A stretch of DNA of 64,000 nt, taken from positions 22,655,197-22,719,196 of the forward strand of contig NC_081356.1 in the NCBI RefSeq assembly GCF_030684315.1. Reading direction: 5' to 3'. Numbering within the stretch: the stretch's first letter is position 1; each line of letters opens with the position of its first letter. This document shows positions 1-13,618 of this stretch, piece by piece. The translations under genes were made by a program, and so were the position numbers. The DNA is from Stegostoma tigrinum. Its lineage: Eukaryota. The notes beneath the pieces were generated by a model. It saw only the letters and a program-made list of their open reading frames with translations, had not been told where the DNA came from and did no database searches.

Positions 1-430
1 CGGGCTGTTTCTTATGTTCAAACTTTTAAAAAAACAAGACTTCATAGTTGTTTATCTTCTTGGGCTGTTCACCACCTCTGCCCTAACACATCTTTTCAAA
101 ACAAAAAAAAGGATGAAATAATTTTTTAATGCCACAGTATCATCACAGTGGGTGTGTAAATAGTTTATTTTCTTTATAATTTACACTTGGAGGGAAATAT
201 GGAGTCAGTAGTTAATGTGAATTAGTCAGTAGCTTAACCAATGATATAATTAATAGTCTGAGCTAGGGACTGAGAGTAAAGCAAGGATCTATACCTGGAA
301 GAACCTCATTCTAAACAAGACGGCAGTAATGCAATAGTTTTAAAATAAATAGTTAGAAATACTTACTACGTCCAAACTGCTGATAGAGTAGAGCAGACAA
401 AGTCCACAAATCCAACAACCTACAAATCAT

Positions 431-651
431 AGTTAACAAGGTGTAGAGCTGGATGAACACAGCAGGCCAAGCTGCATCAGAGGAGCAGGAAGGCTGATGT
501 TTCGGGCCGAGACCCTTCATCAGAAATGCGGGAGGAGAAGGGGGTTCTGAAATAAATAGGGAGGGGGGCACTGTTAGAAGATGGATAAAGTAGAAGATAG
601 GTGGAAAGAAGACAGACAAGTCGAAGAGGCAGGGACGGAGCCAGTAAAGGT
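431..651 (-). mobile_element. PLE terminal-repeat (pLTR) fragment carrying a hammerhead motif, flanked by a 12-bp TSD
   Basis: Similar to the pLTR of the PLE at 40467-42142. CCTACAAATCAT is duplicated at 419-430 and 652-663. Hammerhead core at 495-523 (-). Confidence 0.8.
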
Positions 652-719
652 CCTACAAATCATGTCAAATATAAATGGAATGGATCATAGTGGCAGAAGT
701 TCCTCTTTGGTCACCCAGA

Positions 720-1410
720 ACTCAATACTATTGATATGAGAGTCCAAGAAGAGACACATTGCCTTAAAATCACTGGAAAACCACTGCCAACATTGTGCAA
801 TCACTACTAATATTGTGGAGAGAGAAACAGTGCAGATTGGGTGGCCACTTAGGGAAATACATCAATTCAATCTGCAAACATGACCCCAGACTTCCTGTCT
901 CCTGTTATTTAGATTATTGTGCCCTAGTCTCTCTTCGACCTTTCAGTCCTGGGCCTTCTACATAATCTTCATCCAACCATTCGACACCTTGTGGCCATCT
1001 GAATGCAAGAGTAAGGTCACGATCTCACATGCTTTGTCTCCTTTTCTTGTTTTGGGGATCAACGGTTAGGCCAAATTTTACTAGAATCATTTATACCTCT
1101 TCTACACTCATCTTTTAAAGGAAATAAAGAAAATAAACAAAAAACTCTTGTCATATAGCTATCTCCTTTTGATTAGAATTGTCATCCCATTTGCTATTTT
1201 ATCCTATCTGCCTTTTACCACACAAAATTCCTTCATCTTTGCTCTTTTCCCTCTCCACCATTGCAATGCCAATGTATCTGCTTTAAACTTGTTATAGGTC
1301 TCACTTTTCTAGTCCTGATAAGAGGTCACTAAAGTAAAACACTAATTGTTTCTCCCTCCATAGATGCTATATAATCTGTTGAGCACTTTCAGCATCTCCT
1401 GCTTTTGATC
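720..1410 (+). mobile_element. Old, degenerate PLE 3' region
   Basis: Pyrimidine-rich tract, then a decayed CTGATAAGAGGTCAC...AAAAC and AGATGCT...CTGTTGAGCACTTTCAGCATC, resembling the pLTR tails elsewhere in the window. Confidence 0.45.
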
Positions 1411-2926
1411 AAGTGTTTTTACAGTCTTTATACCAGAGCAGCAATGCATACAAGTAACTTTGACATTCTGTAATGTGTAAGCCACAACCCACTGAATGTC
1501 CTAGAGTTTTGCAGTATTGACACATCCCTGAAAACTATAATTACCTTTTAAAAAGTAGAAAATCGTACATTCAAAATCACCTTTGATATTAAGTGTGACA
1601 AAGGGCAATCTGTAATAAGGAGCAGCAACCTCTTGGTAGTGTTAATAAGAGACATGCAAACAAATCCAGCAAGGAAGCAGGGGTATTTCAACAAATTCAA
1701 TTAATCTGGAATCAGAAGTTATGCTCAGAATGATAACCAAAAGGTACTGCTTTGTGATAACTCCAGCTGGTTCATTAATGTCCTTTAGGGGAAGAAATCT
1801 GCCACCCTTATCTGGTCTGATCTACATGTGACTCAGTCTGCCGGTCATGTGATTGAACGCTCCTCTGAAATGACATTGTGAGCCCCCATTTGTATGCACT
1901 ACACAGAAAATTAGATCAAGAATATAACCGATGGGATGATATGGGATCTGCCTAGACACTCACACAAACCAGTCTATTATGCAATGCCTTGCATATGCAT
2001 TTACATTTTAGAAAATTCTGTCACAGATTATCTGCGTCATAGCCTCACACTCATACCCAGAGAACTATATCTTACACCAATATGCTGAACTCTTCCATGA
2101 TTATCCCTTAGTATGTTTGATTTAAAGAGAAGTTGAATACTTATTAACTATTCAATAATAGATAGAGTGGAAATGTTAACATCAGTGGAATAGTCAAGAA
2201 CCAAAATTCAAGGTGATTAGCAAAAGGAACAAGGGTGGGATGACAACATTGTTTTTTAAATGGAGTGTGCAATTACAATTCAAAATTGACTACCGGAGAA
2301 TAGAATGGACACTGTGTACAATTGAGATTTTTAAAAGGGAATTCGAAAAACACCTAAAGAGTAAAAATTCCAGGGGTCTGGAGATAGGAAACGAGTGGCA
2401 CTAGCTGAGCTGCTGAAGCAGTGAGATACCATGGGTATAATAAGACAAATGACCATCCTCTGTTTGGTCGTTGTGATTCCACAAACAGTGTGGGCCATCA
2501 TCAGAATCAAAATTATCCTCTAAAACAAACTGTGACCTAATTCCTTGCTGTATCTTACCATTAAATCTTGTGATCAACACTGTTTCAATGAGAATTGGAT
2601 GAGGTCATGGCAGAGGCACCACCAAGCAAATAATTTAATGAGATACCAGCCTAGGGAAGCAAATGGTACAGTTCTGAATTCATGCTAAACACCAGAAGTA
2701 ATATGACATAGAAAGAGCTAAGCAATCTCACAATCAATGGGTCAGATTTTGACTCATGCCATGTTGAATCATGAATGCTGATGGGGAATAATAAAAGAAT
2801 GAATGAGAAGAGGAGTGTTCCTGAAGATTCCTATACTCAGTGATGCAAAAGCCCAGGCTACAGTGTTGTAAACATCATTAGCTGTCAGTGCTCCATTTTA
2901 ACACTGTTCTGAAGTCTCCAACATCT

Positions 2927-3770
2927 TAGAACATAGAACATAGGACATAGAAAAGTACAGCACAGTACAGGCCCTTCGGCCCACGATGTTGTGCCGTAGA
3001 TTAATCCTAATCCAAAAATAAAATAATCTAACCTACATTCCCCTCAATTCACTGCTGTCCATGTGCATGCCCAGCAGTCGCTTAAATGTCACTAGTGACT
3101 CCGCTTCCACGACGACTACTGGCAAAGTATTCCATGCGCTCACAACTCTCTGGGTGAAGAACCTCTCTCTGACGTCTCCTCTATACCTTCCTCCTCCCAC
3201 CTTAAAACTATGACCCCTTGTGGCAGTCAGTCCTGCCCTGGGGAAAAGTCTCTGGCTATCAACTCTATCCATGCCTCTCATTACCTTGTACACCTTGATC
3301 AGGTCACCTCTCTTCCTCCTTCTCCCCAGAGAGAAAAGTCCGAGCTCAGTCAACCTCTCCTCGTAAGACAAGCCCTCCAGTCCAGGCAGCATACTGGTAA
3401 ACCTCCGTTGCACCCTCTCCAAAGCCTCCACATCTTTCCTATAATAGGGCGGTCAGAACTGGACACAATATTCCAAGTGTGGTCTCACCTGCTTTTTGTA
3501 GAGCTGCAGCATAACCTCGCCGCTCTTAAAATTGATCCCCCTGTTAATGAAAGCCAAAACACCATATGCTTTCTTAATAACCTTATCCACCTGGGTGGCA
3601 ACTTTGAGGGAGCTATGCACTTCAACACCAAGTTCTCACCGGTCCTCCACACTGCTGAGAATCCTACCTTTAATCCTATATTCAGCATTTAAGTTCAAAC
3701 TTCCAAAATGCATCACTTTGCATTTATCCAGGTTGAACTCCATCTGCCATTTCTCAGCCCAGCTCTTGAA
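2927..3770 (-). mobile_element. CR1/HER1-type LINE 3' fragment (ORF2 C-terminus plus 3' tail)
   Basis: ORF 3033-3431 reads LERVQRRFT...YEERL..LGLFSL.RRR.RGDLI..YK, typical of CR1 ORF2. (CATAGAA)n tail at ~2927-2951. Confidence 0.9.
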
Positions 3771-4879
3771 CATCTACTTTCAACTATTTTTGACGCATTC
3801 AACTTGAATTCTAAAAAGTGCTGCCTTCCCAATTCCCCTTGATAAAATCACAGATGGGAAGATTTGTTGGTAGGCTTCCAGAGTATTTTCGGCCACTAAG
3901 TGGACACATTCAGGTCACTTAAAGGACCTCTGCCTGCCAACTGAGGAATTCGAGCAGTGCGAGGTGGCGTTCTCTCTACATGGGCATATTGTCAGCTAAA
4001 ACTGGGCATGCATACTTGTGACTTTCGGGGGAAATTTTCTTACATTAGCCATCAAATAAGCATTGGCCAGCCATATGGGAAGACAGGTAACCTGTGGTGT
4101 AACCTGTATGCCTCTAAGTCCTTTCGATCTGTACATCCTTTGCTTGTTGTGATCTGCCTGTGCCGCTTTAAACAAAGCTTTTCACTGTATTACGGTACAC
4201 ATGACAATAAGATTAAAAAATTCAAATTACACATTCCTGCTCTTTAAACTGACCTCTCCCTGCGAACCACACCACTTTCCCAGCTTCCCTGACTGACCAC
4301 CTACCTCTTCTCCAAAGCTCAAGGTGACTCTGCTCCTAGGCCCTACTGAAATACATGCCATGACCACTGCACTGCCAATACAAGTCAGCTGCTAGCCCCT
4401 GCTTGCTTAGTGGCTCCCAGCTGCGGTATCCCTGTCCTGAAGGCACTGAGCACCCATAATGTAGAGAATGTAACATGGTCTGCCAGATGGACCTCCTAGA
4501 ATGAGTTCTGTGCTTGGACAAGATTAACAGCTCCAGTCAGGGAACCCTGGCTGACAGATAAAAACAAGAGTGTCAGACATCCTCACACACTGGGAGTTAA
4601 CTCTAATGAGGCTGTACCAGAGTTAAGGACTTTTCAGGCATAAATGAAGGATGACTTGGTAACGGGATACCAGAGTTATTTCACATGCCAACCAAGTAAA
4701 TTCTTGAAGAGCATTAAATTTGCTTGGAGAGATAGGCCATGTCTGATGGGTTGCCACTTACTCTCCGGTAAGAGGATGGGCACATCAACCTGGCCAGTAA
4801 ATTCTGCCAATAACCGATTGGTGAATACAAGCAGCAAATCCTGGTAAACCTTCATGAGTGGGTAACAACTGGGAAGTAC

Positions 4880-5435
4880 CAAAACTGGAAAGCTACTCAA
4901 GTTCCTGACAATGACAATGTCCAGAAGAAGACAATCTTACTATCTATATTTGGCACTAATGACATTATTATTACTTAATCATTAATAGAAGGTTATATTA
5001 GCAGAAACTTTAATAAACCAGCCATACAAATACTACAGCTACAAAAGAAAAATGGAGACTTGGAATCCTCCAGTAAATCTCTCATCTTTTGAAAGAGCAC
5101 AAGATTTGCACAACCTACAGGCACAATTTCGGAGTGGGATAGAACACCTTTTATTTGTCTGGATGAACACAACTCCAGTGAAACTAAAGAAAAACAATTC
5201 AGGAGAAAGCAACCAGCTGCTCAAAACATAACCAACACCTTCAACATTCAGTCCTCCACAACTGATGCACAGTGGCAGCAGTGTACTGTATACAAATTGT
5301 GCTGCACCTCACCAAAACTCTTTCAACAGTATCTTTCAAACCTATGACCTACTACTTAGATGGCTAAGTGCAGCAGTTGCATACGATAGCACCACTTACT
5401 GCCTGTACTCCAAATTACCTACCTGACTTGGAAAT
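4880..5435 (+). mobile_element. Degenerate L2/CR1-clade LINE fragment, same family as 30280-31175
   Basis: Shares blocks such as CACTGATG..CAGTGGCAGCAGTGT and CCTGACTTGGAAA with 30280-31175. Confidence 0.55.
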
Positions 5436-6079
5436 GTGTCACCATTTGGGGCTCAGGGTAAAGTCAGGGCAGTAGGAACGAGTCAGTTGGCAAGGCTGTG
5501 TCAGGAAAGAGTTTGGGGTTCAGTGGGGGAGTCAAACAGTCATGGAGGAGTTGCATGGCAACGTCAGGCCAGTCAGCTAGAGGAGTCGAAGGTTTGGTTG
5601 GGGATTAAGACTGGAGTTGTGGGGGGAAAGGGGGTGGTCAGAGTGTATGATCACAAGGTCAGTTGGGTACTTGCAAATTAGACCAGGATTTTCCATCTAA
5701 CATTTCTTGGATAATTAGCAACGTGATTGTCTCAGAGTAATAACAGGAACTTTTTTTAGAGTAGCACAGGGAAAATGCCCTTTGGGTTTTCAACACCCCA
5801 TACAGTCAGTGTATCAAAACCTGCAAGGAGTCCAGTCTCTTATCTTGGATGGTATAACAGGCCTGCAACTATGCAAAGATCAGGAGACCCTTTGTATTTC
5901 AGCTGCTATGCACTATTTTGGGGCTCAATTGTATGCCTGTAGTGAGGTAAAACACTGCCAATAGTAAAAGTATCAGTGCAGATGATTGTAGCTGTATAAA
6001 TGCAGATGTTAAAGTGAGAGGATATCTGAGAGATACAGTAAAAAAGGATGGAGAGCTATTATGGAGTATGAGTAAAATA

Positions 6080-7790
6080 AAAACAAAGAACTGCAATTGC
6101 TGCAAACCTGAAACAAAAAAATAGTGGAAATTGCTGGAAAAACTCAGCAGGTCTGGCAGCATCTGTGGAAAGACATCAGAGTTAATGTTCTGGGCCCAAT
6201 TCTGGAATTCTGGCTCAGTTTGCAGACGATACAAAGGTAGGTGGAGGGACAGGTAGTATTAAGGAGGTGGCAAGACTGCAGAAGGACTTGGGACAGGCTA
6301 GGAGAGTGGGCAAAGAAGTGGCAGATGGAGTACAATGTGGGAAAGTGTGAGGTCATGCACTTTGATAAGAAGAATAAAAGCATGGACTATTTTCTAAATG
6401 GGGAGAAAATCCAGAAGTCTGAAGTGCAAAGAGACTGAGGAGTTTCAGTCCAGGATTGTCTCAAGGTAAACTTGCAGGTTGAGTTAGTAGTCAGGAAGGC
6501 AAATGCAATGCTGGCATTTACTTTGACAGGACTTGAATATAAAAGTAGGGATGTACTACGGAGGCTCTGGTCAGGCCACATTTGGAGTACGACATGCAGT
6601 TTTGGGCGCCATATCTCAGGAAGGATGTACTGGCCCTGGGGTGGGTTCAGAGGAAGTTCACGAGAATTGTCCCAGAATGGCAAACTTAACATATGAGGAA
6701 TGTTTGAGGACTCTGGGACTGTACTCATTGAGCGGGGGTGGGTTAGGGTTAGGGGATGACTGAAACTTTCAGAATGTTGAATGGCCTGGTCAAAGTGGAT
6801 GTTGGGAGGATGCTTCCATTAGGAGGAATGCCTAGGACCCGAGGGCACAGACTTAGAGTAAAGGGAAGCCCTTTTAGAATGGAGATAAGGAGAAACTATT
6901 TCAGCCAGCGAGTGGTGAATCTATAGAATTCACTGCCACAGAAGGCTGAGGAGGCCATGTCATTGAGTACATTTACGACTGAGATAGATAGGTTCTTGAT
7001 TATCAAGGGGATCAAGGGTTACAGGGAGAAAGTGGGAGAATGGGGTTGAGGAATTTATCAGCCATGATTGAATGGCAGAGCAGACTCGGTGGGCTGAATG
7101 GCCTAATTTCAGCTCCAATGTCCTTTGGTCTTATGGTCAGCCCATGTGATGATAAGGTCTGGTATGCGGAAATTCAGACAAGAACATGGAAGGTGCTCAG
7201 GCCATAAAATTATTGAGCTCAATATTGAGACCAGAAGGCTGCAGGATCCCCAAGCAGAAAATGAGAAGCTATTCTTCCAGCTCGCGCTGCGTTTTGCTGG
7301 AACTTGGCAGCAAGCCCAAGACAGAGATGTTGGCTACAGAACAACATGTGTTGAAAGGGCAGGCAACTCGAAGTTCAGAGACTTGTTTGCTGTTGGAATG
7401 TTATTGTTCTGCTAAATGATCGTATAGTCTATGCTCCGTTTCTCCAATATAGAGGAGACAACTTTGAGCGGTGAATACAGCAGATTAGATTGAGTGAAGT
7501 GCAGATAAATCACTGCTTCACCTGGGAAGTGTGTTTGTGGCCTTGGATATTGAGGAAGGAGGAAGTAATTGGTATTATACCTTCTGCGATTGTATGTGAA
7601 AGTGCCATGGGAATGTGGGGTGTGGGGGTGGCGTAGCGTTGGAAGTGGAGGAAGACTGGACCAAAGTATCCTAGAGGGAATGCTGACCAGGGAGTTGGGT
7701 GGGTGGGGGGTGCGGTGAATGTGCATTTGGTAGTCGCATCCTACTGAAGGTGATAATGACAGCTAATGATCCTCATGAATGCACAGGAGA
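6080..7790 (-). mobile_element. Degenerate PLE (pLTR 6080-6200, GIY-YIG region 7140-7790) interrupted by a CR1
   Basis: pLTR-like GCTGGAAAAACTCAGCAGGTCTGGCAGCATCTGTG at 6132-6166. 7200-7700 resembles the GIY-YIG region of the PLE at 40900-41400. Confidence 0.65.
6215..7137 (+). mobile_element. CR1 LINE 3' fragment nested in a PLE
   Basis: TTTGCAGACGATACAAAG (FADDTK), then WAKKWQMEYNVGKCEVMHF and a CR1 3' UTR ending (TGGTCTTA)n. Confidence 0.9.
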
Positions 7791-8218
7791 GAATGATCAA
7801 ATGAATTCACAGAAGACTAGTGTCAAGTTTCAAATGACAGTTAATAAAATAACTTGGGAAGGAACCTAGAGATTGACTGGGCCAGAACTGACTCATCGCC
7901 AGTGTAATTTCTGTCCATTCAAGTTTTATGAAAAGAGCTTGGTTTGCATCTTTGACAGTGTGAGAATGACCTCATTTCAATCATGTTGTAGTTTAAGTCC
8001 AAACATAGGTTTGTACCACTTTGGCAGTGTTTGGTGGAAAAAAAATCATTAGGTACTGGCATTGCTGGGAAGGCCAGCATTTGTTGATCTTCAGTAATTA
8101 GTATTGAAGTGAGTTATTGGTAAGTTATTATAGAAGGCAGTAAAGAGTCAACCACGTTGCTGAGGATCAGACAAGGTAAAGCTGGGAGATTTTCTTTTCT
8201 AAAGGGCATTTATAAACC

Positions 8219-8347
8219 TGAAGAAGGGTCCCAACCCGAAATGTCAATCTTTCCTGCTCCTCTGTTGCTGCTTGGCCTGCTGTGTTCATCTAGATTCACA
8301 CCGTGTTATCTCAGATTCTCCAGCATTGGCAGTTCCTACTATTTCTG
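8219..8347 (+). mobile_element. Short PLE pLTR insertion starting at the hammerhead core
   Basis: CTGAAGAAGGGTCCCAACCCGAAATGTC followed by a pLTR tail. TAAACC at 8213-8218 and 8348-8353. Confidence 0.7.
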
Positions 8348-8959
8348 TAAACCCAGCAGTCTTTTTTAAGTAACAATCACTTCATGGTGACAATTACTGA
8401 GACTAGCTTTCAATTCCATATTGAGTTACTTGAATTTAAATTCGACCAGCTGTTATGGTGGGATTATGAAGCCAAGTCACGAGGGGTCACTGGTTTACTA
8501 AACTAACAACATTGTCACTACACCATCATGTCCACCGACATCCCTGGGTTGTTGGTGAGGAGCAGGATTGAACATGTATTTATACAATGATTGGATATTA
8601 ACAACACCTTGCCTGGATCATGTGGGGTCAGTCTCCATCCCACCATTGACCTACCTTCATTTCAGTCTTACCAATGGAAAGTGATCTTTAATGTTAAAAG
8701 TAACATAAATGCACAGATTTCCTCTTAGTTTATTTATTTTAAATGGTAATGAAATCATTGTATGGAAAATATTTTTAAATTTCAAATAATATAACTCAAT
8801 GCAGACTGAACCCTGAATTCTCTGTAACTGGGGCTTATGTTCATGCTTTGTAAAAGATATCCTCAGAAGGAATATATGGGAGACAAGCAAGAAGTGCACA
8901 AATAACTGGTGGGCTAGAATTGCAAAACATTTCCAAGTAGGTCCAGGTCAAGTTCTTGA

Positions 8960-9460
8960 ATATGCTGGATATTATTAAGCTGGAGAAGGCTCAGAAGAGA
9001 TTTACCAGGATGTTGCTGGGTACGGAAAGTTTGAGTTATAAAGGAAGGCTGAATAGGCTGGGACTTTTCTCACTGGAGCAAAGGAGGTTGAGAGGTGAAC
9101 TTAAAGAAGTTTATTAAATAACAAATTAAATAATGGGAGTTGTCTTTTTCCTGGGGTGGGGATTTCAAGATTAGGGGTCACATTTTTAAAATGAGAGGGT
9201 GGAGATTTTAAAAAGACATGAGGGGCATTTATCTTTTTTACACAGAGAGTAGTTTGTGTGTGGAATGAACTTCCAGAGGAAGTAGTAGATGCAGACACAA
9301 TTACAACATCTAATAGACATTTGGGTAAGTGCAGGAATAGGAAAGATTTGGAGGGATACGGCCAGGAGCAGGCAGGTGGGACTAGTTTAGTTTGGGATTA
9401 TGGTTGGCATGGACTGGTTGGACTGACAGATCTGTTTCCATGCTGTATGACTCCATATGA
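8960..9460 (+). mobile_element. CR1 LINE 3' fragment
   Basis: LEKAQKRFTRML and WNELPEEVV motifs; CR1 3' tail. Confidence 0.85.
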
Positions 9461-9789
9461 TTCAATGCTGAAATAGTAATGTGGCTCTGGATTCTGTAAA
9501 GTCTAAACAGCGGAATACATGAAACTAGGATCAGCACCATTCATGCCAGTTGACTTGTTATTCATAGTTGGGGTGCTGGGTGTGAGAGGCCTGAGGCCCA
9601 TAGTGAGTGCCCAGTGACAAGAAAATGAGCAAGGATTTGCAGCGGGCATTGTACTTGGGCTTAGATGCATTGGCTGATAATCTCCACACAAGAAACGGTA
9701 CACTGGAAAAACTGAAGTTACAGTTCCAATATCAACTTAGGAAAATGAGATTGTGAATGCTATGCTGAGCAAGAAATTGAGAAGGAAAT

Positions 9790-10520
9790 GAAGTGACTGG
9801 AGCATTCCTCATCGGCAGGCATGACTTGGGTTTTCTTTCTTTCATGTTGTTTGTAACAAATAGCATCAGACATTGGTGCTTGACATAAATATATCTCACA
9901 ATATTGTTCAGTCAGGAACCATAGTGTTGAGAATCAAAAAGGTTTGGGACCATCATCCAGGTGTTTCAATTGAGGTTGCAAAAGAGATTGGGTAAGAAAT
10001 GGGAACTCACTGTAGCAAGAAGGAATGAGAACAGTGGAAAGGTGATGGAGCATCATTGCAATGCAGGAGTTAAGCTAAAGGTCATTCAGTGGCATGTGCC
10101 CCATAGTTTGAGATATCAGTTCAAATTTCTCCTTGATCTTCAATTGTAAAATCGGACAGACTAACTACGCATTCCCTGATGCCATTTTTGATAGGATGGT
10201 AAGTTAAAAGTCCAGCTGTTATTCGGAGGAACAGGCAATGTATTAGCATGTGAGGGAGTGATTCTCCTGGCTGGACTGCATGCTAATTGATCATGCAGGG
10301 ACAGGCTGTCTTGCAGGGGTTGACTTGATTTATTATAAATGGCCCTGTCTTGGAGGAAGCAGGTGGTAGACATTAATTGGTCTGTGAGGAAAGAGGTTGA
10401 TTGTTTTGGGAGAGTATTAGTGCAGATATCTTGAATGGAACCAACCATTACCTTATTGAACAGTGGAACAAGCTCAAAAGGACTCTCCAACAGGGGGAAA
10501 CAACGCATCTGCATTTTCCC
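9790..10520 (-). mobile_element. Possible highly decayed PIF/Harbinger transposase remnant
   Basis: Weak, correctly ordered resemblance to HARBI1-type motifs (GSIQDI~GSFQ; LWFLT~WLMT; APMSDAICYKQH~P.T.AE..YN..H). Many stops. Confidence 0.3.
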
Positions 10521-10524
10521 ATGT

Positions 10525-11062
10525 CAATAGACAATAGGTGCAGGAGTAGGCCATTCGTCCCTTCGAGCCAGCACCACCATTCAGTATGATCATGGCTGAT
10601 CATCCACAATCAGTATCCTGTTCCTGCCTTATCCCCGTAACCCTTGATTCCACTATCTTTAAGAGCTCTATCTATCTCTTTCTTGAAACTATCCAGAGAC
10701 TTGGCCTCCACTGCCTTCTGGGGCACAGCATTCCATATATCCACCACTCTCCGGGTGAAGAAGTTTCTCCTCAACTCTGTTCTAAATGGCCTACCTCTTA
10801 TTTTTAAACTGTGTCCTCTGGTTCTGTCAAGTTCCCTAAGCATCTTGTCTGCTTCAATAAGGCTTCCTCTCATTCTTCTATATTCCCATGAATACAGGTC
10901 CAAACTACTCAACTTTTCCTCATAAGACTGTCCCTCCATAGCTGGTATCAGCCCAGTGAACCTTCTCTGGATTTTCTCCCATGTCAGTACATACTTCCTT
11001 TGATAACGGGTCAGAAACTGTTCACAGTATTCCACCTGTGGTCTGACTGGTGCCTTGCGTAG
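10525..11062 (-). mobile_element. CR1 LINE 3' fragment
   Basis: ORF 10610-11206 includes VRPQVEYCEQF...IQRRFTGLIP...TRGHSLKIRG...FFTRRVV.WN. Confidence 0.9.
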
Positions 11063-11118
11063 GCTAAACAATGGTTTGGGAAGGAAGGGTTTGCTTGGAG
11101 AGGCAGACTTAATAATAG

Positions 11119-11254
11119 ATAACAAGGTGTAGAGTTGGTTGAACACAGCAGGCCAAGCAGCATCAGAGGAACAGGAAAGCTGACGTTTCGGGCCTAGATC
11201 CTTCATCAGAAAATAGCAGATTCTCCAGCATCTGCAGTTCCTACTATCTCAGAA
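11119..11254 (-). mobile_element. Short PLE-derived insertion with hammerhead and 10-bp TSD
   Basis: TTAATAATAG at 11109-11118 and 11255-11264. Hammerhead core at 11182-11209 (-). Confidence 0.8.
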
Positions 11255-11627
11255 TTAATAATAGTTGTTTTGGAAGAAAGCAGCTATCATGGGGGGTGGT
11301 GCAGCAGTGATTTGGTAAAGTAAATGAGTTCTTTTGGGACAGTGGGATTGTTTGCAGGGATGGTCTATTCAAGATGAAATGGAATACCTTTCAAGAACAG
11401 ACTAGGCAATATATCTCTTTCCTCTGAGCAATGTTACATTGGAGGAACTGGTTGAAAATTACTTTCACTGGAGGATGACAATTATTTTCGGTTTCTTAAA
11501 AAAGCATTAAGTATTTTTTTTCCTGACTTCGTGGTGTGATGAGATAGTTGCTGCAAGAAGGATAAAATGTAACCATAGAATATCTGGCAGGATTTTATTA
11601 TCAGATTTGATAACACACAAACTAGTT

Positions 11628-12527
11628 TTATTTAAACAATTTAAGAATTAGTTTGAGTGGATATTTCACCACATTCTTGAGCTGTTCCCTGAATTTAGCC
11701 TGAGTAATTGCATAAATGCCTGTGTTTGTGCAGCAACTCAAGAGTAGTAACATGGGCCCAGTCTGTTGCGCTATGTATAGAGGGTCATTCTGGCTTGCAC
11801 TGTAATGGCTTGTAATCCGAGTATACAAGAAGAGTAGAACATGCAACATCCACAACAAGATAAATGTTCCCGATATACTGAGCAGTAATATAATGGACTT
11901 CCGGCGGTGCTCCAACTCTGGATCACTCTCATCGGCTGCTTTGTTGTGGCCCATAAGTCCTCTGCGGACTCTATTGGTCATTAAAATATGTCTGACCGTG
12001 GCAGCATTAAGCAGAAGAATCAGAAAGAATGGGGCACAAGGGGTTAATATAACATCAAACCAAGCAAATACTATCCACATGGGAGAAGTATAATAAATGG
12101 ATTTTCTGGAACAAAGCCAAGGAACACTGTTAATTGTATATTGAGATTCAAATGTAAAATACCAAGGTACGTTGTTCAAACAGCTCAGGACACTTACTGT
12201 CCCCACAACAGTCGCTGCTGTTTTTACAGTGCAGTATTTACTTTTTATGTTCTGACAACAAATAGCGATAAAACGATCAAAGGTAAATGTGACTGTTAAC
12301 CAAACAGAAGCATCTGTTGTTGATTGAAGAATTGTGCGTCTGAAAGCACAAATGGGTGTGATGTGAAGGAAAGTCAGTGGAAAATTAGACGCCATAATCT
12401 TATTTAACATCACATCAATGATAATGACCAGTAGATCTGCCACCGCCATGCCCACCAGATAGCAAGAGACACATTTCGAAAAGGCCGCATTTTCCCCCCG
12501 ACAGGACCATAATTGTCAGAAAGTTAA
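11628..12527 (-). pseudogene. GPR139-like class A GPCR, exon 2 (end of TM1 to TM7); +1 frameshift at 12479-12482
   Basis: Acceptor cctttgctaacag|TT, then (V)NFLTIMVLSGGKCGL / SKCVSCYLVGMAVADLL... with DRF and SCCTNTGIY. The exon is 900 nt in phase 1, which is one base too long for a continuous frame. Confidence 0.8.
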
Positions 12528-12729
12528 CTGTTAGCAAAGGACAGGAAAAAATTACCAACTACACTCCCAACTGCAGGCTTATTTTAAGGCAATTCACAAA
12601 ACACAACGCTTACTTTATTGTGCTATGTTAGTTGGCCACAAATATTCACTTTATACATATTCATATTATTCATTAATAATCTGAATAAAGGTGTTGTTGC
12701 TAGACTTTTAGATAACAGAAATAGATAGT

Positions 12730-13618
12730 GTTGAAATGGAAGGGAGGCTGCAGAAGGACTTGAACAAGCTATGAGAGTGCACAAAGAAGTGGCAGATGGA
12801 ATACGATATGAGAAAGTGTAAGGTTGTGCACTTTGGTGGGAAAAATAGAGCCATAGATTATTTTCTAAATGGGGAAAGTCTTTGGAAATCTGAACCACAA
12901 AGTTGCTTAGCAGTCTGGTTTCAGGATTCTCTTAAGGTTAATATGCAGGTTCAGTTGGCATTTAGGAAGGCAAATGTAATGTTAGCATTCATTTTGAGAG
13001 GACTACACTACAAGAGCTCAGATATATTGATGAGGCTGTATAAAGCTCTAGTCAGACCAAATTTGCTATATGGTTAGCAGTTTAAGCCCCATATGCAGGG
13101 AAGGATATGCTGCCTTTGGAGGTGTCCAGAGGAGGTTTATGAGAGTAATGGACTTGTCATATGAGGAGCAGTTGAAGATTGTGGGTCTGTACCTAGGGTT
13201 TAGAAAGATTGCAGGGGGTGCGCAGGGGAAGAGGTATCTCATTGAAACTTATGGAATACTGAGAGATCTGGATACAGTGGACATGAAGAAGATGTTTCCA
13301 CTAGCAGAGAGACTAGGACCTGAGGGCACGGCTTCAAAGTGAAGAGGTGACCTTTTAAAACTGAAATAAGGAGGAATTTCTTCAGCCAAAGGGTGGTGAA
13401 TCTGTGAAAGTCATCACCACAGAAGGCTGTGGAACCAAGTCATTTGAGTGTATTTAAGACAGAGGTAGATAGGCTCTTGGTTGGGGAATGAAAGGTTACA
13501 GGGAGAAAATAGGATAATGGTGTTAAGAAACATATCAGCCATAATTCCATGACTGGATTCCTCAGTGGAATGAATGGGCCAAATGACTTAATTTTGCCCC
13601 TATATCTTATGGTCTAAT
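12730..13618 (+). mobile_element. CR1 LINE 3' fragment in the GPCR intron
   Basis: KCKVVHFG...KANVMLAFI.RG..YKS...LYKALVRP motifs; CR1 tail. Confidence 0.9.
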